Assembly: GCA_033442325.1 (NCBI GenBank) | Contig: JAWQFM010000001.1 | Location: 1,768,246 to 1,832,245, forward strand | Direction: 5' to 3' | Length of the DNA stretch: 64,000 bases | Origin: Salpingoeca rosetta | Lineage: Eukaryota; Protista; Choanoflagellata | Part shown: piece after piece, positions 25,867 to 40,451 of the stretch | Layout of the letters: the number at the start of each line of letters is the position of its first letter | Numbering within the stretch: position 1 is the stretch's first letter | The notes under the pieces: model-generated | What the model saw: the letters and a program-made list of their open reading frames with translations, nothing else | Told to the model about the DNA's origin: nothing | Database searches by the model: none | Program-made: the position numbers and the translations under genes

Positions 25867-26613
25867 ATGGACAACGCGCTTCCCGGACCGAATGCCCGTT
25901 CGTTGCTGGCCAAGCTGGTAGACTGGCTGCGGGCGTTTGAAGAGCAAGAGGAACGGCATCGCGTCCTTTGGCGTGACGCCGCCACGGTTGCTCGCCTGAC
26001 GCTGGTGAACGATGCCATCATGGCTATTCGAACGCGCCAGTCTGCTGGGCGCATCCAGCGGTTGGTCGGCGAGCTGCAGCTGTGCGCCTGGTGCGCAGCA
26101 CCTCTAGCCAGCTGTGACAACTGCCAGCGGCAGCGCCTGCCAGGATCCCACGAAGACGATGCCGACGAGCTATCGCGCTATCGTCGCTTTCGCCTCCCTG
26201 CCATCCGCATCACGCGTGCCTGCCCGCATGACAACGAGCCCCGGCCACAGCCACCAACGCCAGCCGCGACAGGTACGTTTGCTTGTGTGTGTTGTGCACC
26301 TGGGCCTGCTTGAACACGGTTGCTTTCTTTGTGTGGGCGTGCACGTGTCTGTGTTTTGCTCGTCAATTCTCCTTGCATGCATGCATGCATGCATGCATGC
26401 ATGCATGCAAGGAGACAGTAGCTTGAGGCGAGAAGGTTGGGCAGGTTGGAAGGAGGATAGGAGGATGCTTGTCTTCCCATGTTAATGCGACAGCCAGTGT
26501 GACGCTGTGACATTGACGCGAGTTATTCGCATCATCGACTTCACGCTTGTGCGTCGTCCTGTCCTGTATTTGAAATCTCATGTTTAGGTGGCAAGGGCCA
26601 GCAGCAACGCTGA
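25867..26613 (+). CDS. Hypothetical orphan protein with CxxC-x6-CxxC (putative exons 25867-26272 and 26588-26613)
   Basis: Non-repetitive GC-rich ORF (MDNALPGPNARSLLAKLVDWLRAFEEQEERHRVLW...CAWCAAPLASCDNC), donor G|GTACGT at 26272 and a phase-compatible acceptor TTTAG at 26587. No family recognised; the start is uncertain. Confidence 0.35.
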
Positions 26614-27102
26614 TCACCGACTGCAGCGTGCACACGCGCAAGCAGCACAACTGCATGCGAATTCTAATTGCTGTTGGTTTGTTGCATCTTCTGATCTTTG
26701 CGTTGTCGTTCACCTGTGCAAGTACAGTCTGTTCACTGTCAAGTGTTGTGCTCGTGCCATCGGTCGGGTTTCCGACCTGGCTGCTTCCACTGTTGAACGA
26801 ACGTCTGAACGTACCACCTCCAATTTGCACGCAAGTAGTGTGAGTAGCCTGGCAGTGCAAGAAGTGATGTCATTTACGTTACAATGTCAACAAATCGCGT
26901 GCGTTTGGAAGACTCCTTCCTGGGATAAGCACAAAATTAGCCATTGGGGAACGAAAAATGCACCCGCGAACAAAAGTGCACCCCAGAACGCAGCCAGAGA
27001 GGAAGGAGCTGACTTGAAGGCTATGAGTGTCAAGCACAGTGTTGTGCATCATCCCTCGCCGTAACGTAAACTGCCATCATTGAATTTGTCGAACCATGCG
27101 GG

Positions 27103-27751
27103 ATGATGTCCGCTGGGGAAAGAGCCTTCTGTATCCAAGAGACCGGCCTCCGCGCTGCATATGAAGCCTTAAAGGTGGGCAAGACACTCACATTTGAGCA
27201 CTTGAGCTTCCAGCTGGCCCGAATCGCAGTCCACAAGGGCCAACACCACAAGGTAGTGTTGTGACTTAACCTTCAAACTAGACGCGATGTTCCTACCCGT
27301 GTATGCGCACGTTCACACGCACGCACGTCTGCACGTGCTTGCCGCGTGCATTCTTGGCACATCAGCGACCGAGCTCACGTTCGAAGTGACTTCTCCCTTG
27401 CATTGTTCTTGTGTTACGCGTCGTCAGGTGAAGAAGAAGAATCACAAGCGGTTTCAAGTCGTGTGTTGCAAGCGTGGATGCGAATACAGAGTGTACACGG
27501 TGATCCAATCCGACGCCACCCCTTGCCTATATCGAGTGACACAGGTTCAAAAGCACACATGTGCCGTGACCGAGAAGACTGTCAAGCCGAAGGTGCTTGC
27601 AGCATACGACGCCAGCATCATGGGCACGGCGAAGGTAAAGGTTGCGGCTGTCAAGAAAAGATACGGCATCAGCGTCACGGTGCGGCAGATGCAGTTGTAC
27701 GCCAGTCACCTGAACAGGATGGCACTTCCAACACCACAAAAAGTAGCGGAT
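27103..27751 (+). mobile_element. MuDR/MULE transposase-derived N-terminal region (WRKY-GCM1-type CCHC zinc finger plus following helical segment); no DDE domain seen; exons 27103-27252 and 27428 onward
   Basis: Spliced LKVGKTLTFEHLSFQLARIAVHKGQHHK|VKKKNHKRFQVVCCKRGCEYRVYTVIQSDATPCLYRVTQVQKHTC...VKKRYGISVT follows the MuDR DNA-binding consensus (VG..F...A......yKVkKS...r...C...gCpWr.......f.It.....HtC ... k.ygi.is). Phase-0 GT-AG intron 27253-27427. Confidence 0.7.
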
Positions 27752-27985
27752 ATGGCGGACACTGGACGGCGGAGCAGCGCTGCTGAGGCTGGCAATGATG
27801 ACGCTTCTGACGCTTGCCATAGCAGCGGACCCGCACCAGCACAAGCACAAGAACAGGCCGACGAAGAGCTGGTGCGTCCAACAAACCATGTACACAACTG
27901 ATAATACAACCTGGAGCAAACAGACGGTGAACGCGGCATTTTCAGGTCGTTCACACATCTCACCCTCGTTGTGTACGCCCACAAT

Positions 27986-28051
<66 letters not shown>

Positions 28052-28393
28052 CACACACACACAACGCACGATACCTGGCATTGCTTCCGTATGAAGGCGC
28101 ACTTCCGTCGAGTGCAACAGGCCTTCTCGTTCTATGAGGACCATGCCATGGCGAGGCTGTCGCGTGCGCTGACGGCCTTCCACCGACTTCCGCAGCACCA
28201 CCAAGACATGCTGCCCAAATTCTCTTCAGACATGCGGCGCCTGCGAGAAGCCATCGCGCACAATGCTGCATTTGTCGCTCAAATCACCAGCGGTCTGGAC
28301 TTTCTCGAAATGGTACGAAGCATGCAGTGGGCATACATGTGTGTCTGCATGCGCGTGTGTGTGTTTATATTTCAAGCACAGGTGCGTCCATCC

Positions 28394-28428
<35 letters not shown>

Positions 28429-28625
28429 CAGACAGACACGCAGGCGTACAGACACACTCAGGAACACTGACACACAGACACGCAGACACACACGATCGCC
28501 TCATGTCCTGTTTTCTACCCGCCTGCCCATTTGCTGCAACAGGCTGATGCCGACACGGATTTACAAGGTGAAGGATCCCGACTCACCAGCGCCCAAGTGG
28601 CATCACGCCCACGCAACCCTGTTCC

Positions 28626-28710
<85 letters not shown>

Positions 28711-30064
28711 CACACAGATGAGGTGCCGACAGAGTTTTTTATGGATAAGGTGTGCACGACCATCAAGCAGTTTTACCGGGACTGGTCTGCAGAGGTTAGA
28801 TGGAATGCCACTGTACAGCAAAAGGATGCGTTTGCTGGCACTCAACACAACATCAATATTCATCGCCCCTGGCTCCTGTATGTTCCTACCAAACACGAGG
28901 AGAAGCGAATCCCCCCCCCCCCATTCACACCCCCTACCCTCCGTGCATTGCACACAACAAGGGACAAGCAGAGCGGCAGCAGTGCTATGGACGCATATTG
29001 GAGGCCGTGGACCGACTGTTTGCGGAGCGAGATCGGTATGAGACGTGCTCTTGGACATCGTGACTGGCACAACAAAAGCACAAGAGCAACACCCAGCAAC
29101 CACTGCGCAGCTCATGCCAGTACGCGTACGTGTTTTGGGGCGCGGGGATACTTGAACAGGCACGACGTCGCTATCCTCACACCAGGTGCCGGGCTTGGAA
29201 GGTGCGACAATGGGGCTCCGAGCGAGAATGGTGCCCTCTTCATGCGAGTGAAGTGAACAAAGGCGCACGAAAGACGAAACATCATGACGGCGGCAATATC
29301 CGATCACACTGACATCACTGTTATCCTTCTTTTCGCCGCCGCCGCTTCTGTGGCGCTCTGCTTCATGACGCAGGCTGACGTGGGAGTTTGCAAAGCGCGG
29401 TTACAGAAGCCAAGGCAACGAGTGGAGCGCATTCATGCTTTTTGCCTCCAACTTTATCCTCAACAGGTCAGGATGCCTGCAAATGCTTGAGTCGTGTGTG
29501 TGTGCGTCTGTGTGCGTCTGTGTGCGTCTGTGTGTGTTTGTGTTTGTGTGTGTATGTGTGTGTGTATGGAAGGGTTGGTTGGGATTGAAGGATCGCACTT
29601 GCACCAGCAAGTGTGCCGTCGTCTCTTCCATCTCCCTACCGGGCGATGCACGTCGACATACATGTGCCGACACCTGCACACAGAATTGCACACATGCACG
29701 TATCCCTGCACAGTTTCAATTGCACATGCACACATGAGCACGATCTCAGCGTGCACGTAACCATCAAGCCACACACCTCCACACACCAGTCCAAATCCGC
29801 CGAAATCCATCACCATCCACCCGTTTGCACACCTGTTCAGCAACGTTACGTCACGCGACGCACAGGTGATGACATCAGCTGCGCCCTACGCTCGCTACGC
29901 ACGAGCATGTCTGTGTCACTCATCAGGCCACCCAACGCGTGGTTGCACACACATCCACATACACGCATACACGCACAAACAAACACACATGCGCACTCTC
30001 ACGCACACGCACACACACACTCACACGCACACGCACACACACACACACCGCACGCACGCACACG

Positions 30065-30156
<92 letters not shown>

Positions 30157-30734
30157 CATACACACATCACACAAACGGACGCGTGTAGGTACGTGCGATT
30201 GAAATTCCAGATGTGGACACGCGGGAATTACCTGCAGGCACAAACTTCTCCATGGCGGCTGGCGATTTCTTCGAAGTGTACGACGAAGCAAGTCAGTGGC
30301 ATCAGTGTCCAAAGCGCGGCGTGCACTCCTCCCTTGTGATGGCGTCGAGTGATACAAGCAGCGCGGTGCTTGTGGGAGATGAGCCGCTGTGCGCACTGTG
30401 GACATAACAACCTCACACCCGTTCCCGCCACCCTGTGTAGATACGTGGGATTGTGTGGCAAGCGCCTTCACTCTCGACACAGCACGCAATCCAATCGCCT
30501 TCCTTGAGGTGTGTGTGTGTGTTTGTGTCGCGTGTTCCAGTTTGTGTCTTGATGCACAAGGGAGTGACAGGCAAACTTCAAGTGACAGTCCACTCACACC
30601 ATGACGCCCTTGAATGATTGTTCGTTCCCTCCCTCCTCAACAGCGCGTGTTCTCCATCCTGAAACCAGGCGGATTCCTCGTCAACCTTGGTAATTCAGTG
30701 GTGGGAAGCGCCACCCGCGCCTACATACGCATCC

Positions 30735-30794
<60 letters not shown>

Positions 30795-31227
30795 GTGCTT
30801 GTACACACACACACACACTCTCTCTCTTTCACACACACACACACACACATACACACACACCTCAGGGCCACTGCTGTATCACTACGAGGACAGCCGTGAC
30901 GGCGTGTCCTTGGAACTTCCGCTGGACGACGTGCTTGCAGCCGCGGTTCAGATTGGGTTCATCATCGCGGTACGTGCCACCCAGTGGAGAGGACGGGCGA
31001 TGGCCGTGGTCTGGTGCAAGGAAACTTGCATGTAACGAGGAATGCCTCCATGCACAGCAGAATTACTCAACGCCTCTCTCCCCACACATACGCGCTGTCA
31101 GGAGGAGGAGCGGCGGGTGAAGGCGACGTACAACGACGACAGCGAAGCCATGATGCACACGGTGTTTGATTGTTCATTTTTCATCGCACAGAAACCACCC
31201 AGCGTCTCAACACAGCACTCAGCGTGA
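27752..31227 (+). CDS. CARNMT1: Carnosine N-methyltransferase (N2227-like SAM-dependent methyltransferase), multi-exon; may extend upstream to 27103
   Basis: EQADEEL|[14 protein letters not shown]; [27 protein letters not shown]; [11 protein letters not shown] (SAM motif I); [18 protein letters not shown]; [13 protein letters not shown]; DTARN; [17 protein letters not shown]. Confidence 0.92.
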
Positions 31228-31513
31228 CCCAAGAGACCCATACATCTTACCCAGACACTGTCGAGCATAATGGTACCGTCGTGATCTGTTTTACTGCCTT
31301 GTGTACACGCGCTGAAGGCAAGAATGAACGATTCATGACAATTGAGACAAACGGAAACCATGAAATGTGCGCGGAGTGGGTATTTGTGCCGCTGATTGCA
31401 CAGAAGAGACAAGTGTAATTGCACCCTATTCAACAAGGCCAGGGGACACCACGAAAGCAACGACAATGCGATTGGAATACGTGTGCGTGACCAAATCAAG
31501 CCACGCAACGATG

Positions 31514-31790
31514 TCACTCCTCATCTCCATCTGTGCTGAATGGGTTGCATGGTGGCAAGTCCGCAATCATGTCCACCATCTCGTCCACGCGCTGAAGCAT
31601 CGCACGCCGGACCTGAGGCCAAGGCCGAAGAAGGAAAGGGGGGGGGGGGAAGGAAATGGGGTGAGGAGTAGGCGGTGTTGGCGACTGGATCTCAAACACG
31701 CAAACACAGATAAAGACCGACATGCACATGGGGAATACCGAAACACACAACACAACACACAACACAACACACACACACAACACAACACAC

Positions 31791-31844
<54 letters not shown>

Positions 31845-32530
31845 ATCCAGTGTCGCACCTGGATGAAGAGTTGTTCACTGAATGCCTTTCGCTTCTCTGG
31901 ATCGATTTCGGGCACTGGTGGCGAAATGACGGCCGTGGATGACCGCCCACCGCGCGCACTGCACACCCATACAGACACGTGACGATGATGTGAGAACACT
32001 GTGGCTACGCATCGTGTGGAAGGCACACTGCACCACTGCTCACCGATTGCAAACCATCACCAACGTGACAGCAGGTCTGACCTTGCAGCTCGCGATTTCG
32101 TCAGTTTCGAGGACGAGCGCGCCGACCGTGCATCTGTTAATACATACATGAGGAAGTAAGTACATGTGTTGTACATGCGTGGCACCGCACCACACACACA
32201 CACACACACACACACACAATATGCTTGTTCACAATGACACCAGGTGCACCTTTCTTGCGGGCTGGCAGTGCTTGCTCTGGCTCTGCGGGTTCTGGTGTTG
32301 TTTGCTTCATCCCCATCTCCTGCATGAGCTGCTCTCTGCTCCCGACAACATCGCACGCAACGCGGCGCAGAATTTGTTTGCTGCGTGGTCATGATCACAG
32401 ACAAGCAGAAGTGAAGGGAGGAGGACGGTTGACGGGTGAGTTAAGAACTTTGAACGAGCAGACAAGACGCGTGATTCATCGGAACAGCAGCAGCCAGCAA
32501 TAATCACACGGCACGAAAGTGCACGCGTCG

Positions 32531-32599
<69 letters not shown>

Positions 32600-34928
32600 T
32601 ACCCGACAGCACGCCTGTCAAGGCGGAGTGCAGCGTGAAGATCGCGGTTGCGCGGAAGAAAGCGGCTGCATATGGACTGGAGCTCACGCAGCAGTTCTTC
32701 GCGCTGTGTATCGTCGTCCTGTGCCATGCACAGCTGTTGAGCAGGACCACATGCCAAGTTATGTGCGTGCGTGTGAGGTTGTGGTTGAGGGAGTGACCAC
32801 TCACGTGCGCAAGCCTTTGGCGTGAAAACAATGCAAATGCGGGAGCGAAGCGTGCCAGGCTGCGAATCCCCTTGCTTGTTTCCGCCTTAACAGTGAAGCC
32901 ATGCCCACCTGTTCCAAGTCGGCAACACGGTACGACCAGGGCGGCGTCTCCTGTACCGCCGGCACGAACTCCGACTTTCGCCTGTTCTTCTTCTGCGCAG
33001 CTGCTTTTGCGCCCTCATCCTCACCCGCCCCGCCCTAAAGTGCAGCGCCCGTCACGGAAAGGAAATCACACCACGGCATTGAGATAAGCGTGTGCGCGTA
33101 CATGTGTGTGTGCGTATTTGAGCGGAGAGAGAGAGAGTGTGTGTGTGTGCGTGCATGTTTGTATGTTTGTGCGCACGCGTGCGCGCGTACAAGAGCCGTG
33201 GGGTGTGAGGCAATGCATCTGTTTGACATTATCGTCCACCTGGCATACCTGTGACGCAATGCGCTGGTGAAATGCCACGAGATCTTGCACAACGTCTTCG
33301 CGGTATGTGTCCAGTGTCTGGATCATTCACACATGCATGGCGGTCAGCACGAAGTAGTCTGTGCAGTGTTTGCACTGTAGGCAGCACAACAGCATAGGTC
33401 ATACCACGACAGCATAGGTTGTACCACGAGGGGAGATGCACACACACACACTCACACAGACACAGACACAGACACACAGACACACAGACACACAGACAGA
33501 CACACAGACACAAACGTACACAAACGTCGGGGTTAAGCCGAACAAATGTCTGCGCATCTGTGCGCCAGTGCTCTTCAGGCGTTGGTGGGCGAGGGCGCGG
33601 CGCAAGATTGGTGATGATGTGCGACAGCAGTCGACGGATCATCGTCTCCACTTGCCGCTGCTCGCACTCGCGCTGAGGAAAAGGGGAAACAGGAACGAGG
33701 GGAGGGAGAGGAAAAGGTGAACGGAGGAGGGCAGCATGAACGGGGGTGGCTATCACACAGGCTTGGAGGAACACAGCGATAGCAGGAAGGGAAAGAGATG
33801 CACAGACTGGTTGCAGGCGGACAAGACGGACACAAATATTGACACTGATACTGACACTGACACTGACACAAACATTGACACTGATACTGACACTGACACA
33901 AACACACATACAAACATGCATACATACATACATACATACATACATACATACATACATACATACATACATACATACATACATACATACATACATACATACA
34001 TGCATACATACATACATACATGCACAGAGACACACACACACACACACACCTTGAAAGGGAGGGCGTCTCGTTCAAAGTTGTCTGTGCTCTCTGTGACGCC
34101 ACAGAGGGAGAGGGTGGGAAACACATCCACGGCACACGGGGTCATGATGAGCTGCCAGTCCTCAGAGAAGACACCGCTGCTGGCGCTCTGGAACCGCAGG
34201 TGCATGTCGCGGTGCGCACCAGGCAGGATGGTGTCTGTGACGGAGAAGGGGCGAGGAGGGAAAAGGCGGTGAGCTGAACAAGTAAACAAGCGCGTGCCCA
34301 CAGGACAGTTCCGACAGTCACACCCCCCACCAACACCACACCAACACCACACCCACACACAATGAACAACCACGATACTAACAGTTCCGACAGCCACTCA
34401 CACACACACACACAGCCCTCACGGCAACCCATACCTGGCTCAATATCAAGGAAGAAGCGCTTTGCTTCATCTTCGCGCCTGCCGAGAGCATTGTCTCGCT
34501 CCACACGCTGCCAGCGGAAATAAATCGCGGTTGGCCCCGTATTTTTCAACCGGACGATCTGTCCAGCACGTTGGCCAGGCACCGTTTTGAAGAGCACGCG
34601 GCAGCCCTCGTGGGGGTCCAGCGGCTTGATGGAGGAGAGGTTGGATGGCGCATCGAGCTCCGGCGTGGAGGAATCAGCGTCCAGTATTTCAAACGCAATC
34701 AACGGTTGTCCTTTTGATCCTTCCACGTCATCATTGTCTTCATCCTCGTCATAGTTGAACGTGTCCTCTTCCTCCTCCTCTGCCTCCATCACGCCTGCAA
34801 GCATGCCCCCATCGCCCAAACGTGCGCCCTGGCTGACAAACGACAGGCGCTGCTGCTCATGTTTCGCGCGCGCGTCTGCGTCCAGCTCCGCCTCATCGTG
34901 CACCACGACTGGTCTTCCAACCACCTGC

Positions 34929-34973
<45 letters not shown>

Positions 34974-36940
34974 GTGTGTGTGTGTGAGGTGTAGAACGGA
35001 GGCCATGGTTTGGATGACCAGTGGTCTGATCGCCACGAGCAACTGCCCACAACGTCATAACGCAAGCACAAAATGGCACCTCGAGGGCGCTGGTGTCTGG
35101 GATGTGCTTTGCGAGATCATCGAGGTATGGGTTCAGCTGCTGCATCCGCGTCGTCAAATACGCGCCCGGTTGCTCGTCTTGAGGGAAAATCACACACACA
35201 CACACACATAACCACAGGTCCAAACGAACAAACCCCCAAAAGAATACACACACACACATCGGAACGCTGAATGAGAGGTTACACAGGGAGATTGAGAGCA
35301 CCACCCGTGAACGCAGGTCATATTTGGAATGGAGTCACACGAACGCATGTCTCACCTCTGTTTCTGTAGGTAGCTGGGCCAACCTTCATCTCTGCCTGTA
35401 CGTGGCGTGGGCGGCCAACAAATTCAACTTCCGGCCGCTGCCCTTGCTCCGTCTGCAGTCGAGAGAGGGAGCAGTAGGACGAGAGAAAGGACGTTCGTTG
35501 ATGGTAGGGAAGGTAGAGGCGGGTGGGTTAGAGGAAGGACGATGAGGATGAGGGTGAGGGTGAACGTGCAGTCACAATGAGAGGTCAGGTTGTGGTGGGG
35601 AAGGGCTACGTGGTAGGGCCCACTCGCAGCGCAAGTCATCGCCAAGCACACATTAGATGGCCGCATCCACCCTAAGCCCTCCCATCGACCTTTGTGAGGG
35701 TGTAGTGAAGGTTTGATTTCGTGACGGGGTTTGGTTGCCAGAACTCTGATCCAACCCGAAACCCTTTGCCCTGTTCTGTGGCAGGCATTGCTTCCTCAAT
35801 TGCATGCCTGCGTGTTACGAGGGAGGCGACAGCAAGGAGCACGGGGTGAGTCATCAACCACTCGTGGGTGTTGTGTAGCGGTTCGTCGTGCCCTCAACAA
35901 CACATGCCATCGAGGCAGCACCATCGCAGTTCCATTGCGCATGCGTGTCGTGTAAGTGTGCGTGTCGTGTGTGTGTGTGTGTGTTTGTGTGTTTGTGTGT
36001 TTGTGTGTGTGTAACTCAGTGGTGGTCGCATTACACTTCATCTGCGTCAACCTCACTGCATCCTACACAGCATGCACACGCACCTGATTTGGCGTTTTTG
36101 ATGAAAGAGCTCGTGCGACTGCATGTTGAGCTGCTCAGCTGGCACGCCCGTGCGTCGGCTGATGTGTCGCTCCTGTTTCTCCCACATTTGAACCGTTTTC
36201 TGCACGACCCAAGGCACATACCAATTCCACGTGCATGTATGTGTGTGTATGTGTGTGTATATGTGTGTATGTGCGTGGCGGTGAGGGGAAAGGTGCCAGC
36301 AAGCAAGGGACGATCAGCTACGTTGGTTCATGACTGTCAGGCCAAGAAGCGGGGTTGCAGGCAAGTGTTGATGATCAGTGCTGCTGATGACGACAACTCA
36401 TGTGTCTCATGTCAAACCCACGTTCCAGTGCTGCAGCGATCTGGCATCCCGGTCCTTGACCCGCTCTTCTTGATAGGATGCAAAGAACTCTTCCTCCTTT
36501 GCCGAGCGTGCAGCTTTACGCTGAAACCGACCAGCACCTGCACGACGAATGCAGGCGCACAAGGGAGTGTATGTGTCAGCAACATGAGCTGTGATGTGTG
36601 CTGTGCGGTGTCTGACAAACACATGAGCATGTGTGTACGTGTATCTGAATCGGTTGTGCGTACGGGAGACTCGCGGCGCTGACTGAGACGGTGGCTGGGG
36701 TGGCTGTGGGGTACTTGACATGGCCACTGCCGCTTCCATGTTGTAGCCAGCATTCTGTTCGTGCAGGAACACATGGCGAGGGCGAGTGTGAGTGAGAGAG
36801 GATGAGAAAGAGAGGTGGGGGTAATAGCAAAGAAAGAGGCTGAGGAGGAAAAGTCGAGAAGGGGACGAGGGAACACAGAGACGCTCTGTTTACAATTGAC
36901 ACCCCGCTTGAGCTTTGAATCCACCATGTCAGTGCATCTT

Positions 36941-37001
<61 letters not shown>

Positions 37002-37380
37002 GGGAGACAGACAGGCAGACGCAGACACACACACATATACACACAGACACAGGCATACACACGGAGGCACATAAGCACAACCACCCACACCCACCCACTT
37101 TCCCGGCTTTCCCCCTGTTCTCCTTCCCAAGCTCTCCACACCGTACCTTGCTGTGTTCACGTTCGAGTTCGCCTGTGGAGCCCAAGAAGCTGTGATGTAC
37201 GAGGGGACCGCGCTTGTTGCGTCGAAGGAGCGCGCGAGTAGGATCCACTTGCTGTTGCTGTTGCTGTTGCTCACTTCGAGCGCCACCAATGTCGGATGCA
37301 GCCATAGCAGCAGCCATGGCAGCAGACGCTGCGTTCATCTTTGTGGTGGTGGCTGTCCCTACAGTTCCTTGCCCTGCCAT
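31514..37380 (-). CDS. MYCBPAP: MYCBP-associated protein (axonemal central apparatus component), multi-exon
   Basis: HHSFLGS; GFRVGSEFWQP; LEVVGRP; RVLFKTVPGQRAGQIVRLKNTGPTAIYFRWQR; FFLDIEPG...ILPG...RFQSASSGVFSEDWQL, all characteristic of the MYCBPAP family. Confidence 0.8.
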
Positions 37381-37411
37381 CTTTGGCTGTGTTGCTTTGT
37401 GTGTGTGTGGT

Positions 37412-37418
37412 TGGCAAC
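37412..37418 (-). promoter_or_regulatory. Putative RFX half-site GTTGCCA upstream of MYCBPAP
   Basis: Plus-strand tggcaac (reverse complement GTTGCCA) about 32 bp upstream of the MYCBPAP ATG. Confidence 0.5.
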
Positions 37419-37805
37419 GAAAGGCAAATCTGCCTTTTACACCAAGGTAAAATTTGCCTTTGGCGTGACATGGGAGAGGTCGGTGCGTGCATGTGGAGGT
37501 GGAGGCGGTGTGGGGTGTGGTGTGTGGTAGTGTAGTGTGGTGAAGACAACCGTGGTCGACAGGGAGATACACACATGCACACACATGCACACACAGACAC
37601 ATGCACACACACACACACACACCACACACACACGCATACAGACACACACATAGAGGTGACATGTTCTCTTACCGGTTGGTTGTTTCTCTGTTCCCGCCAA
37701 ATCGCGCCACAGATCTGACACGCAGCAGCGACAACCAGCCGAGCCCGCCGTTTTTCCAACAGCTGACACTTCCAGCCAACCCTCCAACCAGCAAAGCAGC
37801 CAGCC

Positions 37806-38144
37806 ATGGGCAAGAAGGGCAAGAAGGGAAAGAAGACCAACTTCAAGAAGGTCGACCTTGGCCAGCTCCTCGACTCGGCCCCGGCACCGGCCACAAGTGA
37901 CATTGTGGTGCCATCTGCGCCAGGTGCCTCCAAGGTCGTCATCGATGAGTACGTTCCCAGTTTGTGCGTGCAAACATGACGACGGGTGTGGGTGAGGACA
38001 CAGTGAGACATCGGAAGCGTATGTGCATGTGGAGAAGAGAACGAGACAAAGCAAATGGGCAAGCGGTAAAGGTCATATGGGCGGGGGGGGGGGAAACTGC
38101 CTCACAGGCCAACATTGAAGACACGACACGACACACACATGCAT

Positions 38145-38176
<32 letters not shown>

Positions 38177-38191
38177 ACACACACACACACA

Positions 38192-38260
<69 letters not shown>

Positions 38261-40419
38261 TCACACACACACTCGCTCACTCACACTCGCTCACTCACAC
38301 ACGCGCACACTTCTCTGCTTTGTTTTGTGCGCGTATGGTCCTCCGCTCACCACTTTGTGTATTGTCATTGCCGTGCGCGCTCTCTCCTTGTGCTCCCTTT
38401 TTGATGTTTGGCAGCGCGGATCTGCCACAGTACCCTCCCTTCAAGGCGTTCGTCGGCCGCCTGTCGTACGGCGCCTCGGAGCAGGATGTGATGAACTTCT
38501 TTGCTCCCAGCAAGGTTGAGGAGGTTACCCTCGTCAAGGACCAGTCTGGCGCCATGAAGGGCTTCGGGTATGTCGTGTTTGCTACCAAGGAGGATCTCAA
38601 GGAAGGTCTGATGAAGAACGACGAGGTATGCATCCCAATTCCACCGACATGAGAAGCAGTGCTGTTGTGTGCGTGTGTGTGTGTCTTGTGTGTGTGTCTG
38701 TGTCTGTGTGTGCGTGCATGTGTGTGTGTGTGAATGACAGTGCCGCATCACCGAAGCGACATCAGACCCCCAACAACGACTGATTGACTCACCACCAGCT
38801 TGCTGCCTCCCCTCTCCTTCCCTGCCTGTTGTTGTTTCCGATGGCCACGAAAGATCATGCTGGGCCGGAAGGTGCGTGTCGATCTGACGGACGCCAGCGA
38901 TCGTGGCCCCTCCACCAGGACCAGCGCTGCGTTTGGTGCGTATCCAAACCCTTGCAGACCACCCCACGGCTTCTTGCCAGCTTGTTCTTGCCAGTCCGTG
39001 GTTTTCCACCTGCCATCACCTGTTGCGTCGCTTGCGAACAGCCGCTGCACCTTCATCCTGTTCTGTTCCTTCCTGCTCATCTCCTTCCGATCACCCGCCT
39101 TGTTTCTCTCCCCTGGACCACTGGGGTCCCTGTGCATGTGGCAGGCGACCGCGAGTGGCGCTCTGCCCCACGCGAGCCCGCCCCCGCTGCCCGCGAGTCT
39201 GCCGGCTTTGGCGGTGACCGCATGGAACGCGGTGACCGCATGGAGCGTGGTGATGAGCCTGCAGGCCCTCCGCGCGCCATGGCCACCTCGGACTGGCGGT
39301 CCGCTGGTCCCCCTTCCTCGGCGCCACCCTCTGGCCGTGGCGGCTTTGGTGGTGACCGGCGTCGCGGTGGCGGCGGATGGCGCGACGGCTCCGACAGGCG
39401 CGGTGGCTTTGGTGACGATCGCCGTGGTGGCTTTGGCGATGATCGCCGTGGTGGCTTTGGCGACAGGCGCGGTGGCTTCGGCGACAGGCGCGGTGGCTTC
39501 GGTGACGATCGCCGTGGTGGCTTTGGTGACGATCGCCGTGGTGGCTTTGGTGACGATCGCCGTGGTGGCTTTGGCGATGATCGCCGTGGTGGCTTTGGCG
39601 ACAGGCGCGGTGGCTTCGGCGATGACCGCCGTGGTGGCTTTTCCCGCAGCGACCAGGCACCCGCGTACGTTCCCTTCGGAGTTATGTGCCGTTGCGATTG
39701 CTATTGCTGTTGCTTGGTGTTCTGCCTTTTGCCAGCTATCGCATTGCCACCACGCCACGATTCACCTGTGTAACGCTTGTGCATATGCGTGTGTGCGTGT
39801 GTGCGTGTGTGCGTGTGTGCGTGTGCAGTCGGGAGCCCATGAACCGGCCGCGCATCCAGCTCGAGGAGCGCCGTGTCGACGCCCCCGTTGGCCAAGGTGC
39901 CCGCGCCTCTGCCTCTCCCTTCCTGTGCTTGATCGCACTGGCATGCATGCACGTCACACCTACTGTTCTGTTGGACCCGCTCGCGAGGGTGCCTGATTGC
40001 CGGTGGGCATTCACAGTTTCGTCACGCCGTCACTCACTTCTTACACGTGTACGCGTGTGCATGCATGCTTCTGCATGCTGCAGCTGCGAGTGCGCAGTCC
40101 GACATCTTCGGCGGCGCCCGCCCCGTGGACAACGCAGAGAAGCTTCTCAAGGCGCAAGAGGAGCGCGAGCGCCGCGAGGCCGAGCTCCGGGCCAAGGGTA
40201 CGCACCGCATGCCTCACCGCACACGTGTGCACCTGTTTTTTCTTTTTTCTTTTTTTCCTTTGGGGGGGGGGGGGGCGGGGGAGGAAGTGTGTAGTTTTGG
40301 GTGTACGTGCTGATGCTGTGATTGATATGGTGTCTTCGTCGTCGTACTGACAACACCAACACTATTGGCATCCCTCTTCATAGCTGAAGCTCAGCAGGCC
40401 CAGAAGGAACAGCAGCAGC

Positions 40420-40451
<32 letters not shown>

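Noticed and set aside
26400-27900. Complete autonomous MULE transposon
   Set aside because: I could find no DDE catalytic domain, terminal inverted repeats or target-site duplication by eye, so it is reported only as a derived fragment.
39393-39641. Regularly spaced 21-24 bp repeats resembling a CRISPR array
   Set aside because: There are no unique spacers or cas genes, and the repeats encode the DRRGGFG region of eIF4B in frame.
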